A DNA stretch of 64,000 nt from an uncultured Polyangiales bacterium (lineage in GTDB: Bacteria; Myxococcota_A; Polyangia; Polyangiales; GCA-016699535): the NCBI GenBank assembly GCA_964640175.1, contig CAZXFW010000002.1, positions 198,257 to 262,256 on the forward strand, written 5' to 3'. A program made the position numbers and the translations under genes. Below the pieces are notes generated by a model. The model did no database searches. It was not told the DNA's origin and was given only the letters and a program-made list of their open reading frames with translations. This document shows, piece by piece, positions 46,563 to 55,243 of this stretch. Within the stretch, counting starts at the first letter, position 1. Every line of letters starts with the position of its first letter.

Positions 46563-47699
46563 ATGCAATTTCGGCCCCGATATCTTGCATCACCTATCCA
46601 GAAAGACTTGGAAAATCAAAAGATGGTGTTTCTGGGGGGGCCGCGACAAGTCGGAAAAACAACGCTCGCATTAAGCCTACTTGGCCCCGATGCCACGGAG
46701 ACACATCCCGCCTATCTCAACTGGGATGCAATTTCCAACCGCAAGGCGATTCGCCAACAACATCTGCCGTCCCATCAGCCAACCGTCATCTACGATGAGA
46801 TTCATAAATATGCCCGTTGGAGAAACCTGATCAAAGGCCTTTATGACACGCATAAATCCAAAGTACGCATCATTGTCACCGGTTCGGCGCGCTTGGATTA
46901 CTACCGCAAGGGCGGCGATTCGCTACAGGGTCGCTATCACTATTTCCGACTCCATCCTCTTTCTATCGGCGAGGTGGGTGAAGGAGCCGTAGATAAGCTC
47001 ATGCAACTCGGCGGTTTTCCAGAGCCATTCTTTTCAGGCAGTGAGCGTACGCTACGCAGATGGCAAAACGCCCGCATTGAGCGCGTTGTGTACGAAGACT
47101 TGCGTGATCTGGAAAAAGTACGTGAGCTTAGCCTCTTGGAGCATTTGGTTGATGCACTACCGAGCCGCGTCGGTTCGCCACTTTCGATACAGAGCTTGGC
47201 AGAAGACCTTTCGGTGGCGTTTCGTACAATTGATCGCTGGATTGAGATGCTTGAACGCTTGTACGTCTGTTTCCGTATCTCACCTTATGGTGCACCGAAA
47301 ATACGCGCTGTTAAGAAAGAACGTAAGCTATACTTTTGGGATTGGTCCATGGTGCCTGACATGGGCGCTCGTTTTGAGAACATGATTGCCTCACATTTGC
47401 TGAAGTATTGCCATTTTATCGAAGACACCGAAGGTTATCGCATGGATTTGCGCTTCATTCGGGATCGGGACGGCCGCGAAGTCGATTTTGTCGTACTCAA
47501 AGAGGGAAAGCCTTTGTTTGCCGTGGAATGTAAATCAGGCGAGCGCTGCATCAGCTCGCATACCCGCTATTTTCGAGAACGAACATCGATACCCCAGTTT
47601 TTCCAAGTGCACCGCGCAACCCAGGACTTCGGCAATCAAGACACGGACACGCGCGTGTTGCCCATCGCAACTTTCTCAAGAGAATTGGGGCTGCCGTAA
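46563..47699 (+). CDS. AAA+ ATPase with C-terminal DUF4143 / PD-(D/E)xK-like domain (COG1373 type)
   Basis: Walker A GGPRQVGKTT, Walker B VIYDEIH. C-terminal GREVDFVVLKEGKPLFAVECKSG fits a D...ExK nuclease-fold motif. Confidence 0.85.
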   Translation: MQFRPRYLASPIQKDLENQKMVFLGGPRQVGKTTLALSLLGPDATETHPAYLNWDAISNRKAIRQQHLPSHQPTVIYDEIHKYARWRNLIKGLYDTHKSKVRIIVTGSARLDYYRKGGDSLQGRYHYFRLHPLSIGEVGEGAVDKLMQLGGFPEPFFSGSERTLRRWQNARIERVVYEDLRDLEKVRELSLLEHLVDALPSRVGSPLSIQSLAEDLSVAFRTIDRWIEMLERLYVCFRISPYGAPKIRAVKKERKLYFWDWSMVPDMGARFENMIASHLLKYCHFIEDTEGYRMDLRFIRDRDGREVDFVVLKEGKPLFAVECKSGERCISSHTRYFRERTSIPQFFQVHRATQDFGNQDTDTRVLPIATFSRELGLP

Positions 47700-47713
47700 A
47701 TGGTGGTCGTCCC

Positions 47714-47749
47714 ACATTGTTCCTTTCCCTATCAGCCTCTTGGATTGAT
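47714..47749 (+). repeat. direct repeat copy 2
   Basis: ACATTGTTCCTTTCCCTATCAGCCTCTTGGATTGAT. 34 of 36 positions are identical to 46353-46388. Confidence 0.9.
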
Positions 47750-47760
47750 TCTTTCGGTAA

Positions 47761-50700
47761 TTGTACTTTAGGTTAAAGAGGATGACTCTGGATCCTCTCG
47801 ATTATTTAGAAAAGCGCCATGAAGACGAAGAGGCTACCGACGCCTCCTCAAGCCTGTTGGACCACCCTCGAATTGGAAAGGTCCAGACTCCTACGCATGG
47901 GCTTTCGGAATCCGAAGCGTGGCTTGAGCGATTGTATGCCTCTGAGCGCATGCCTCGCGACAAAAAGCCGTTTGTGCTGGACCCTTTGCGTTCTTACGGC
48001 GCATGGATGGCCTCCATCGACCAGCCGCCACTTTGTCTGCTCGATGGGATGAGCCAAACCGCCACCCTTCCCTTTGGGTTTGGCGATACCCGCTTGCTCC
48101 AAGCCTATCTCGATGGTGTGTTTGGCGATACGATTCTTAGTGCCGAGGACATCAGCGTCATGCCTCATCCTGCTGCGCGTTCATTTGCATCCACGCTGCA
48201 GTCCTTGCTCCCTGGATTTCGCACCGTGTGCTTTGTCAACAGTGGCGCTGAAGCCAACGAAAAAGCGCTTGGCCTATGCTGGGCACACCGCACACACCCT
48301 ACGCAACGACGAGTACTTGCCTTTGAAGGTGCCTTTCACGGCCGGACGCTACTTGCACTGCATGCCACCGCCAATCCAAGCAAACGAGGCCCCTATGAAC
48401 TGGCTGGATACGAAGCACAGTTTGCTCCCTTCCCTGTATGTAATCCACATCACGCATCGACGATTCGTGCATCAGCCTCGTGGCTGGCTGACCTTTATCA
48501 CCATGGCGTAGCGCACCTCGCTCACGCAGTGGATCGTAGTAAAGACACTCAGCTTGCCACTGATATAGATGCCCTGCAAACACTCGAAACACTCCTTAAA
48601 GCTGGCGAATGCTTTGCATGCATCCTTGAACCCATGCAAAGCGAGGGCGGAGACCGCTATGCCAGCACGCGCTTCTTTCAAGCAGTGCGCGTGCTCACCC
48701 GAAAGTACCACGTGCCGCTTATCATGGACGAAGTTCAAACCGGGTTTGGCCTCGGCGGAAGCTTCTGTTGGCATCAACAGTTCACCTTCATGCAATACGA
48801 TGGGACGCCGGATTTGCCCGACTGCGTCACCTTTGCCAAGCGTGCCCAAGTCGGCGTGGTCTTAGCCCATGTTGAAGATTCGGAACCCAGCACAAGCCAT
48901 GGAGCCTCGTTGGTCCGCGGTCGTCTGCATGCCGAACTCCTGGCCAAAGACACCTATGTAAAACCACTTCAAGCACACGTAAGTGCACGCCTTGAGACTT
49001 TGCACACTCAATTCCCCTCGCTCATGCTCCATCCGCGAGTCACAGGCTATGCCCTTGCGTTTGATTTGCCCACACCGAAACACCTGGAGCAATACCTCGC
49101 ACAACGCATGTCCCATGGCGTTATGGTATTTGGTGCGGGCGACCGCACTGTCCGCTATCGCTTATCCACTGCCTTCGCGGATACGGAACTCAACACCCTG
49201 TTTAATGCCATCGAAGCCAGCTTACGTTTGCTGGACCACTCTTCTGGCAACCCCGCCGCTCTTGCCACACATCTGAAACACCACTCGCTTCGCACTCACA
49301 CGCCAAGCGCTCAGCCGGTGACTATACGTCTTGCAGAATCTACCGAAGCCGACACGCTGCTTGATGCGATCATGAATCTTGAAGCGCGTATGTACGAACC
49401 TGCACGACGTGATTCTCGCGCGATGCTCGCGCACGCGTTTGAACACCCCGACGGCGTTGTCGTCGTGGCAGAACAACACGCCCCATCAGGACGTACTCTC
49501 GTGGGGGTGTGTCTTGGTGTGCCTCTCGAAGTGGTAGCTCATATCGACGGGCCCAACCACGACCCGATGCTGGGCCAACACAACACGCTGTACATACAGA
49601 CGCTAGCAGTCGATCCCCGTTACCATGGCCGTGGTCTTGGTCGTGAATTGAAGTTATGCATTTTACACCAAAGCAAAGCCCTTGTCACTGCGGCAGGCGT
49701 CCCGCGCTATTTGTTTCAAACGGGACGAAACCGTATTGGGCACACCCAAGCCGTCTCTCAGTTGAACCAAAGCCTTGGAGCGTATGAAGTTCAGCGATTC
49801 CAGGGTCAATATGGCGATCCGGATGCGCAAGCCTCCTACTACCGCATTCATCTTCGGGGGTTTGGACTATCCCCCTCCAGCTCCCCGACTTCAGACCAAG
49901 CGCGTGATCTGTGTAGCGGAATTTCACGACCCTTGCTCACACCACCCGCCACACTCTCTCAGGCGTTGCGCAACGGAAGTCTTTGTCATCCCGCCCTTAA
50001 CAAACTCACGCTCAGTAACTACGTCACTCCTGCCGTGATTCGTGCAGTGGAATGGGTAAGCGCGTTATGCCCTGAACTGCCTCATCTATTCTTAACCTCA
50101 TCACGCGATGAATGCGTTGATAAAACCTTGCGATGCATGCGTTTTCACCGACCCAAAGCACACATCGCATTAGGATTGCAAGGAGGGTATGTGGGGCATA
50201 CCACCGCAGCAGCCCGCTCGTTAAGCGATGCTGCCGTGCATCGCGGCGGCCCCGCATATTTTGAGGCATGGCCCCTGCTTCCTCATCCACAAACCTCCGG
50301 CATTGAACACACCTTGGCGCATCTCGAAGCCTGCGTCGCACATGCAGGCGGCGGCCAGCATGTCTTTGGTCTTTTTCTTGAAGCTGTTCAAGAACGTACG
50401 GGCCGAGTGATGGATGATTCCACCTGGCAAGCGCTCCATCAGCACTGCCAACGTCTGAATGTGCCCCTGGTGCTTGTCGAAACGGCATCTTCTCTTTACC
50501 GTTCAGGGCGTGGACCCTTTTACAGCAGCACATGGTCGCTGAAACCGGATGCCATGCTATGGTGGGCCGGAGGCCAACTTGGGTTTATCCATCTGGCTCC
50601 CCGCTACCGTATTTCAACACCTCTGACCATGATATCCACCTGGGATGGCGATGAACTGAGTCTCATTCGCGTGCATCATCAGTTACGCACTTTACGTCAC

Positions 50701-50970
50701 ATGGATACAACAACCCGCATCGCAACAATGGACGAACTACTCAAAAACACGCTATCATCACCTTTTAAACTCCGAGGCACTGGCATGTATCGCATGATCG
50801 AAGCCACCAATGAAGCCAACGCGTTGTGTGAGTACTTACAGGCCCAAGGCTGGCAAGCACGATGCTTTGCCAACCAATACGTTCCCGTTGCTCCCTCGAT
50901 GGATATTTCCGAAGCCACCCTTTTGGCTTTGGAAAAAACTCTGAGTCACTATTCACCATGCGAGTCTTAG
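47761..50970 (+). CDS. three-domain fusion: class-III (lysine-6-aminotransferase-like) aminotransferase + GNAT acetyltransferase + degenerate class-III aminotransferase-like domain
   Basis: N-domain: SGAEANEKAL, GAFHGRT, EPMQSEGGDRY, DEVQTGFGLGG, TFAKRAQVG. Middle: GNAT motif A, LAVDPRYHGRGLGREL. C-domain: TSSRDECVDK, GGYVGHT, LEAVQERTG, LVLVETASS, WWAGGQLG. The true start may be ATG 47782 (AAGAGG upstream). Confidence 0.8.
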   Translation: MYFRLKRMTLDPLDYLEKRHEDEEATDASSSLLDHPRIGKVQTPTHGLSESEAWLERLYASERMPRDKKPFVLDPLRSYGAWMASIDQPPLCLLDGMSQTATLPFGFGDTRLLQAYLDGVFGDTILSAEDISVMPHPAARSFASTLQSLLPGFRTVCFVNSGAEANEKALGLCWAHRTHPTQRRVLAFEGAFHGRTLLALHATANPSKRGPYELAGYEAQFAPFPVCNPHHASTIRASASWLADLYHHGVAHLAHAVDRSKDTQLATDIDALQTLETLLKAGECFACILEPMQSEGGDRYASTRFFQAVRVLTRKYHVPLIMDEVQTGFGLGGSFCWHQQFTFMQYDGTPDLPDCVTFAKRAQVGVVLAHVEDSEPSTSHGASLVRGRLHAELLAKDTYVKPLQAHVSARLETLHTQFPSLMLHPRVTGYALAFDLPTPKHLEQYLAQRMSHGVMVFGAGDRTVRYRLSTAFADTELNTLFNAIEASLRLLDHSSGNPAALATHLKHHSLRTHTPSAQPVTIRLAESTEADTLLDAIMNLEARMYEPARRDSRAMLAHAFEHPDGVVVVAEQHAPSGRTLVGVCLGVPLEVVAHIDGPNHDPMLGQHNTLYIQTLAVDPRYHGRGLGRELKLCILHQSKALVTAAGVPRYLFQTGRNRIGHTQAVSQLNQSLGAYEVQRFQGQYGDPDAQASYYRIHLRGFGLSPSSSPTSDQARDLCSGISRPLLTPPATLSQALRNGSLCHPALNKLTLSNYVTPAVIRAVEWVSALCPELPHLFLTSSRDECVDKTLRCMRFHRPKAHIALGLQGGYVGHTTAAARSLSDAAVHRGGPAYFEAWPLLPHPQTSGIEHTLAHLEACVAHAGGGQHVFGLFLEAVQERTGRVMDDSTWQALHQHCQRLNVPLVLVETASSLYRSGRGPFYSSTWSLKPDAMLWWAGGQLGFIHLAPRYRISTPLTMISTWDGDELSLIRVHHQLRTLRHMDTTTRIATMDELLKNTLSSPFKLRGTGMYRMIEATNEANALCEYLQAQGWQARCFANQYVPVAPSMDISEATLLALEKTLSHYSPCES

Positions 50971-52088
50971 AACTTCCCGTTAACGCTTCTCCCCGACAAA
51001 GGGGACAGATCCACGGCGAAACGTTTCGTCCGCTCATCCGCGAAATTGCTGACATTCGCACTGAACTGGCTTTAACACTGGGTCGCTTTGAGACTCCCGA
51101 CGGGCTCGACCTTGTGGCCGCACGGCACATACCTCTCATGCAAACCTTGCTGCCCGAGCTTCTCGATGAAATGACAGGCATCGCTGAAGGCTCCGGACTT
51201 TCCATCGAACAGGTCATTGTCTTGAATCACTACACAGACCTTCGCGATTTGGATCCTCAGCAACTTGATGCACACCTAAGTTCCGAATCGTTGCCTCCCG
51301 AACACACCCATAAAATCAATTTCTCCGCTATTCCTACCGAAGAGGATTGCACCGCCCTGTATGCACAATCCAATGAAGGCGTGTTTCTTGGACAAACGTG
51401 GGACATGCATGGCTCTGCAGCGCCTTATGTCTTGATGCTACATATCCCCGCACACGACGAAGCTCCAGAAGCATGGTGCTTATCAATCACAGGGTGCCTG
51501 GGCCTTGCTGGCATGAATGCCAAGGGCATCGGCATTACCATCAACAATCTACGTAGTACGGATGCACGTATTGGCCTGATATGGCCCGCACTGGTGCGCG
51601 CCGTTCTTGAAAAGCCTTCGGTCATCGAAGCGCGCGATGTGATTTTAGATAACCCTGTAGGTTCGGGGCATCATTATTTAATAGCTTCCGAGCAGTTTTG
51701 TTACGCGATTGAAACCTCTGGCACACTCAAACGCATTGTGTTCAGCGGAGAAGCAGAACATTACGTGCACACCAACCATTGCCTGGATGCCGAAGTGGCC
51801 CAACACACCACTCAAGCCTTTGAAAGCACTTCTCACGAGCGTTACGATTTATTGGTTCGACACCTCATGCACGCTCCCATCCGCAATTTCAAAGACATGT
51901 GGGCGCATCTTGGTTCACACAGCAGCTACCCTCGCAGCATTTGTAGCCATCTCGCTTCCGTCGACCGCCCTCATGCCTCCCGAACCTGCGGCGGCATCGC
52001 TATGGACTTAAGCGCCAAGTACATCCACGCAGCAAGTGGATGCATTCACCGTGCCTGGCCCCATTCATTTGAATTCATTGCGGAATAA
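50958..52088 (+). CDS. C45-family Ntn acyltransferase/hydrolase (acyl-CoA:6-aminopenicillanic-acid acyltransferase-like)
   Basis: Start moved to ATG 50958 (13-nt overlap with the upstream gene). Internal nucleophile context EEDCTALYA followed by GQTWDMHG, then NNL/HTNH blocks as in IAT-like proteins. Confidence 0.7.
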   Translation: MRVLELPVNASPRQRGQIHGETFRPLIREIADIRTELALTLGRFETPDGLDLVAARHIPLMQTLLPELLDEMTGIAEGSGLSIEQVIVLNHYTDLRDLDPQQLDAHLSSESLPPEHTHKINFSAIPTEEDCTALYAQSNEGVFLGQTWDMHGSAAPYVLMLHIPAHDEAPEAWCLSITGCLGLAGMNAKGIGITINNLRSTDARIGLIWPALVRAVLEKPSVIEARDVILDNPVGSGHHYLIASEQFCYAIETSGTLKRIVFSGEAEHYVHTNHCLDAEVAQHTTQAFESTSHERYDLLVRHLMHAPIRNFKDMWAHLGSHSSYPRSICSHLASVDRPHASRTCGGIAMDLSAKYIHAASGCIHRAWPHSFEFIAE

Positions 52089-52113
52089 CCACGTGACTTC
52101 CTATCCTTTTTTT

Positions 52114-53352
52114 ATGACTTGGGCCTCTCAAGGCAACGCCGAACCGGTAGAGCTTACGGGAGGAAGCGGTGTTTGGTTTTTTAGCACTGGCAACGAACGT
52201 TGGTTCGACATGGGCTCATTGAGCTACCAAGCTTCACTGGGACACGGGCATCAAGGGATGATCAACGCCATCAGCAGCCAGGCTCAACGGCTGTGTTTGA
52301 GCATGCCAAATGCAGTGTATCCAGAGAAAGTCGCGCTGGCCCAAACACTTCTTAATCTTGCGCCTCAAGGGTTCAGCAAAGTGTTCTTCACCCTTGGTGG
52401 GGCCGAGGCCAATGAAAACGCCCTGAAAATCGTCAAACTGGCATCGGGGCGCTCGAAAGTGATCAGCCGCTACCGCTCCTACCATGGCGCCACCATGGGT
52501 GCACTGGAGTTGTCTGGCGATTATCGCAGACCTCCTTTGGGAAGCAATGTCGTCGGCGTAGTTCATGTGCTTGACACAGAATGCGCTCTTTGCCCAGGAA
52601 ACACGCGGTCCGCTCAATGCACTCACCCACCCCTGAGCCACATCCCCAGAGTCATGGAGCTCGAAGGCGGCCATACCATTGCCGCGGTTTTCTTAGAAAC
52701 TGTCGCTGGCGCCAATGGGGTAATCATTCCACCCGCTGGCTATCTTAGCACCGTACGCGAGGCCTGTGATCGACACGGCGCGTTCTTGGTGTGCGACGAA
52801 GTTCTCACAGGGTTTGGTCGGACTGGACGCACCTTTGCCTTTGAGCATTTTGACGGCGTTTCACCCGACATCATCGTGCTCGGCAAAGCCATCACCGCAG
52901 GCTATGCACCCCTCGGAGCGGTGTTGGTGCACGATCGCATCGCGCAACATTTCGAAAACGAAACCTTGTATTGCGGATTAACCCAGTATGCCCATCCCCT
53001 CGGCATCGCCGCGGCCCTTAAAGCCATCGAGTGTTTCCAGAACGACGGTATCAACGATCATGTGCGTGCACTTGAACCCGTGTTCAAACAGGCCTTGGAT
53101 GGATTTGTTGCCAACTATCCCAACCAAGTAAAACGCACACGCGTCATTGGCCTTTTGGCAGCGCTGGATCTCGCTGCTTCCCCAGCGCAGCTCAAGCAAC
53201 TACGCGTAGCCTTTAAACACCACCGCATCCACGTGCATCTACGTACCGACCCTGGTACGTTGATTCTTGCACCACCCTTGTGCATCAGCCAACCCGAGCT
53301 TGATCAAGGCCTTGACCTTATCGAAGCCGCATTCCGAGAAACATTTCAGTAA
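52114..53352 (+). CDS. class-III pyridoxal-phosphate aminotransferase (omega-transaminase type)
   Basis: GGAEANENALK, YHGATMGA, LVCDEVLTGFGRTGRTFA, PDIIVLGKAITAGY (PLP lysine present). The start is ATG 52114 or GTG 52093. Confidence 0.9.
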   Translation: MTWASQGNAEPVELTGGSGVWFFSTGNERWFDMGSLSYQASLGHGHQGMINAISSQAQRLCLSMPNAVYPEKVALAQTLLNLAPQGFSKVFFTLGGAEANENALKIVKLASGRSKVISRYRSYHGATMGALELSGDYRRPPLGSNVVGVVHVLDTECALCPGNTRSAQCTHPPLSHIPRVMELEGGHTIAAVFLETVAGANGVIIPPAGYLSTVREACDRHGAFLVCDEVLTGFGRTGRTFAFEHFDGVSPDIIVLGKAITAGYAPLGAVLVHDRIAQHFENETLYCGLTQYAHPLGIAAALKAIECFQNDGINDHVRALEPVFKQALDGFVANYPNQVKRTRVIGLLAALDLAASPAQLKQLRVAFKHHRIHVHLRTDPGTLILAPPLCISQPELDQGLDLIEAAFRETFQ

Positions 53353-54059
53353 TGGGCAGACATGGCAACAAAGTAAGAACTTCTCCTAAGGAAGCCTTGG
53401 AAGGGCTCACAGACGGCGCACGCATCATGGTGGGTGGCTTTGGCCTGTGCGGTAATGCCGAAGCATTAATTGCCGAAGTGGCTCAGCTCGGCATCCGCGA
53501 CTTAACCCTCATCAGCAACAACGCAGGCAACCTGGGCATGGGACTGACAAGCTGGCTTCGCGCCGGCATCGTCAGCAACATCATCTGCACCTATGTGGGC
53601 ACCAATGACGACTTGCATCGTGCCATGGCCGATGGAAGCGTCCGCGTAGACATTGTACCCCAAGGCACCTTTGTGGAACGTATGCGTGCGGCAGGCGCAG
53701 GCATACCTGCGTTTTACACACCGACTGGCGTAGGCACCGTGGTTGCCGAATCCAAAGAAGTTCGCACCTTTAACGGACGCGACTATCTTCTAGAACATGC
53801 ACTTTCTGCAGACTTCGCGCTTATCCGCGCGCACCAATGCGACAGTTTTGGCAACGTACGCTTCCGACGCACTGCTCGGAATTTTGCCCCTGCCATGGCC
53901 ACCGCAGCCACGACAACGATTGTTGAAACAGATCATCTACTCCCTTTAGGCGGGATCGATCCCGACGATGTGCATTTACCAGGCATCTTCGTCCATCGCA
54001 TTGTAGAAGTCGGCACACACCAAGATCCCTTTGAGTATAAAATAAACAGAAAGCCCTAA
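53352..54059 (+). CDS. CoA-transferase subunit A (family I, 3-oxoacid type)
   Basis: GARIMVGGFGLCGNAEALI, ISNNAG, FYTPTGVGT. Start overlaps the upstream stop (TAATG). Confidence 0.9.
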   Translation: MGRHGNKVRTSPKEALEGLTDGARIMVGGFGLCGNAEALIAEVAQLGIRDLTLISNNAGNLGMGLTSWLRAGIVSNIICTYVGTNDDLHRAMADGSVRVDIVPQGTFVERMRAAGAGIPAFYTPTGVGTVVAESKEVRTFNGRDYLLEHALSADFALIRAHQCDSFGNVRFRRTARNFAPAMATAATTTIVETDHLLPLGGIDPDDVHLPGIFVHRIVEVGTHQDPFEYKINRKP

Positions 54060-54061
54060 TT

Positions 54062-54715
54062 ATGCCGTTCGACAAAGTACAAATGGCCCAACGTGCCGCC
54101 AAGGAAATCCTCCCTGGCAGCATCGTCAATCTGGGCATTGGGTTGCCTACGTTGGTCGCCGACTACATCCCCAACGATGCCAATGTATGGCTTCATACCG
54201 AAAACGGCATCCTCGGCATGGGCCCCTTCCCCCTCGAAGGCGAAGAAGATCCCCACATCATCAATGCCGGCAAACAAACAGTGACCATTGTCCGAGGAGG
54301 CTCGTGTTTTGACTCTGCCACCTCATTTGCAATGATCCGCGGTGGCCATATCGACTTTGCCATCCTTGGAGGCATGCAAGTCGCCGAAAACGGCGACCTT
54401 GCCAACTGGTCTATCCCCGAAGGGAAAGTTATCGGCATTGGTGGCGCAATGGACTTAGCAAGCGGAGTCCGTCGCATTCTGGTCATGATGTCACACCAAA
54501 CGAAAAACAACGAAGCCAAGCTGCTCAAGCAATGCACTTATCCGCTTACAGCACGAGGCGTCGTCAATCGTGTGATCACCGAACTTGCAGTTCTGGATAT
54601 CACTGCGCAAGGGTTCGTCCTTGTCGAATGCGCACCGGATGTCAGCCCCCAAGATGTCCAGGATGCCACTGGAGCGAATGTTCTTATCCCTGACAGCCTC
54701 CGCCCTGTGGTCTAA
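54062..54715 (+). CDS. CoA-transferase subunit B (family I)
   Basis: Catalytic-Glu block LHTENGILGMGP, GGAMDL. Lies 2 nt after subunit A. Confidence 0.9.
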   Translation: MPFDKVQMAQRAAKEILPGSIVNLGIGLPTLVADYIPNDANVWLHTENGILGMGPFPLEGEEDPHIINAGKQTVTIVRGGSCFDSATSFAMIRGGHIDFAILGGMQVAENGDLANWSIPEGKVIGIGGAMDLASGVRRILVMMSHQTKNNEAKLLKQCTYPLTARGVVNRVITELAVLDITAQGFVLVECAPDVSPQDVQDATGANVLIPDSLRPVV

Positions 54716-54722
54716 GTTCAGC

Positions 54723-55154
54723 TCACTTATCCTGCTGTGCCTTTTTATTCGCATCAATTTCTGCAAGCACTTGCTGAATAGCACTGGCGGTCACCTTCTC
54801 AGTGCTCGGCTCTTGATCCAGCATATCCGAGAGCACCTCTTGCCGCGCAGGCGCAATGGAACGTACGGATGGATCACCTTCCACAACGTCGATAACCATC
54901 TGGCCTAAAATAACCATATCGCCAGGTTTGATAGCCACCACACCTTGGATACGCTTGCCATTAACCGCAGTGCCGTTCCGGCTGCCAAGGTCTTCAATCT
55001 GCAAGCCATCGTCCGTCAACCGCAGCGCGGCATGAAGACGAGATACTGAGTTATGCTTGACCACAATCCCACATGCGTCGCTTCGACCCACAAGCGTTTC
55101 CCCTGGCGGAACTAAATAACTTAAGTCCTGCACGATAACGCGGTAGCCAGGCAT
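54723..55154 (-). CDS. FHA-domain protein
   Basis: LVGRSDACGIVVKHNSVSRLHAAL...DLGSRNGTAVNG. Confidence 0.85.
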   Translation of the reverse strand: MPGYRVIVQDLSYLVPPGETLVGRSDACGIVVKHNSVSRLHAALRLTDDGLQIEDLGSRNGTAVNGKRIQGVVAIKPGDMVILGQMVIDVVEGDPSVRSIAPARQEVLSDMLDQEPSTEKVTASAIQQVLAEIDANKKAQQDK

Positions 55155-55243
55155 GTAACTGCTCTAGGCTACACGAAAAATTCAATTCAATCAAAAGATC
55201 TCTGTATCGACAGATAAGCCCACATGATGACACTATGTAGGCA

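Larger units (their letters stand above)
46353..47749 (+). mobile_element. putative inserted single-gene cassette bounded by direct repeats (no recombinase present)
   Basis: A 36-bp direct repeat flanks 1325 bp that carries its own promoter and one gene. The second copy preserves a pseudo-C-terminus (HIVPFPISLLD*) of the upstream gene (NIVPYPISLFD*). Confidence 0.45.
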
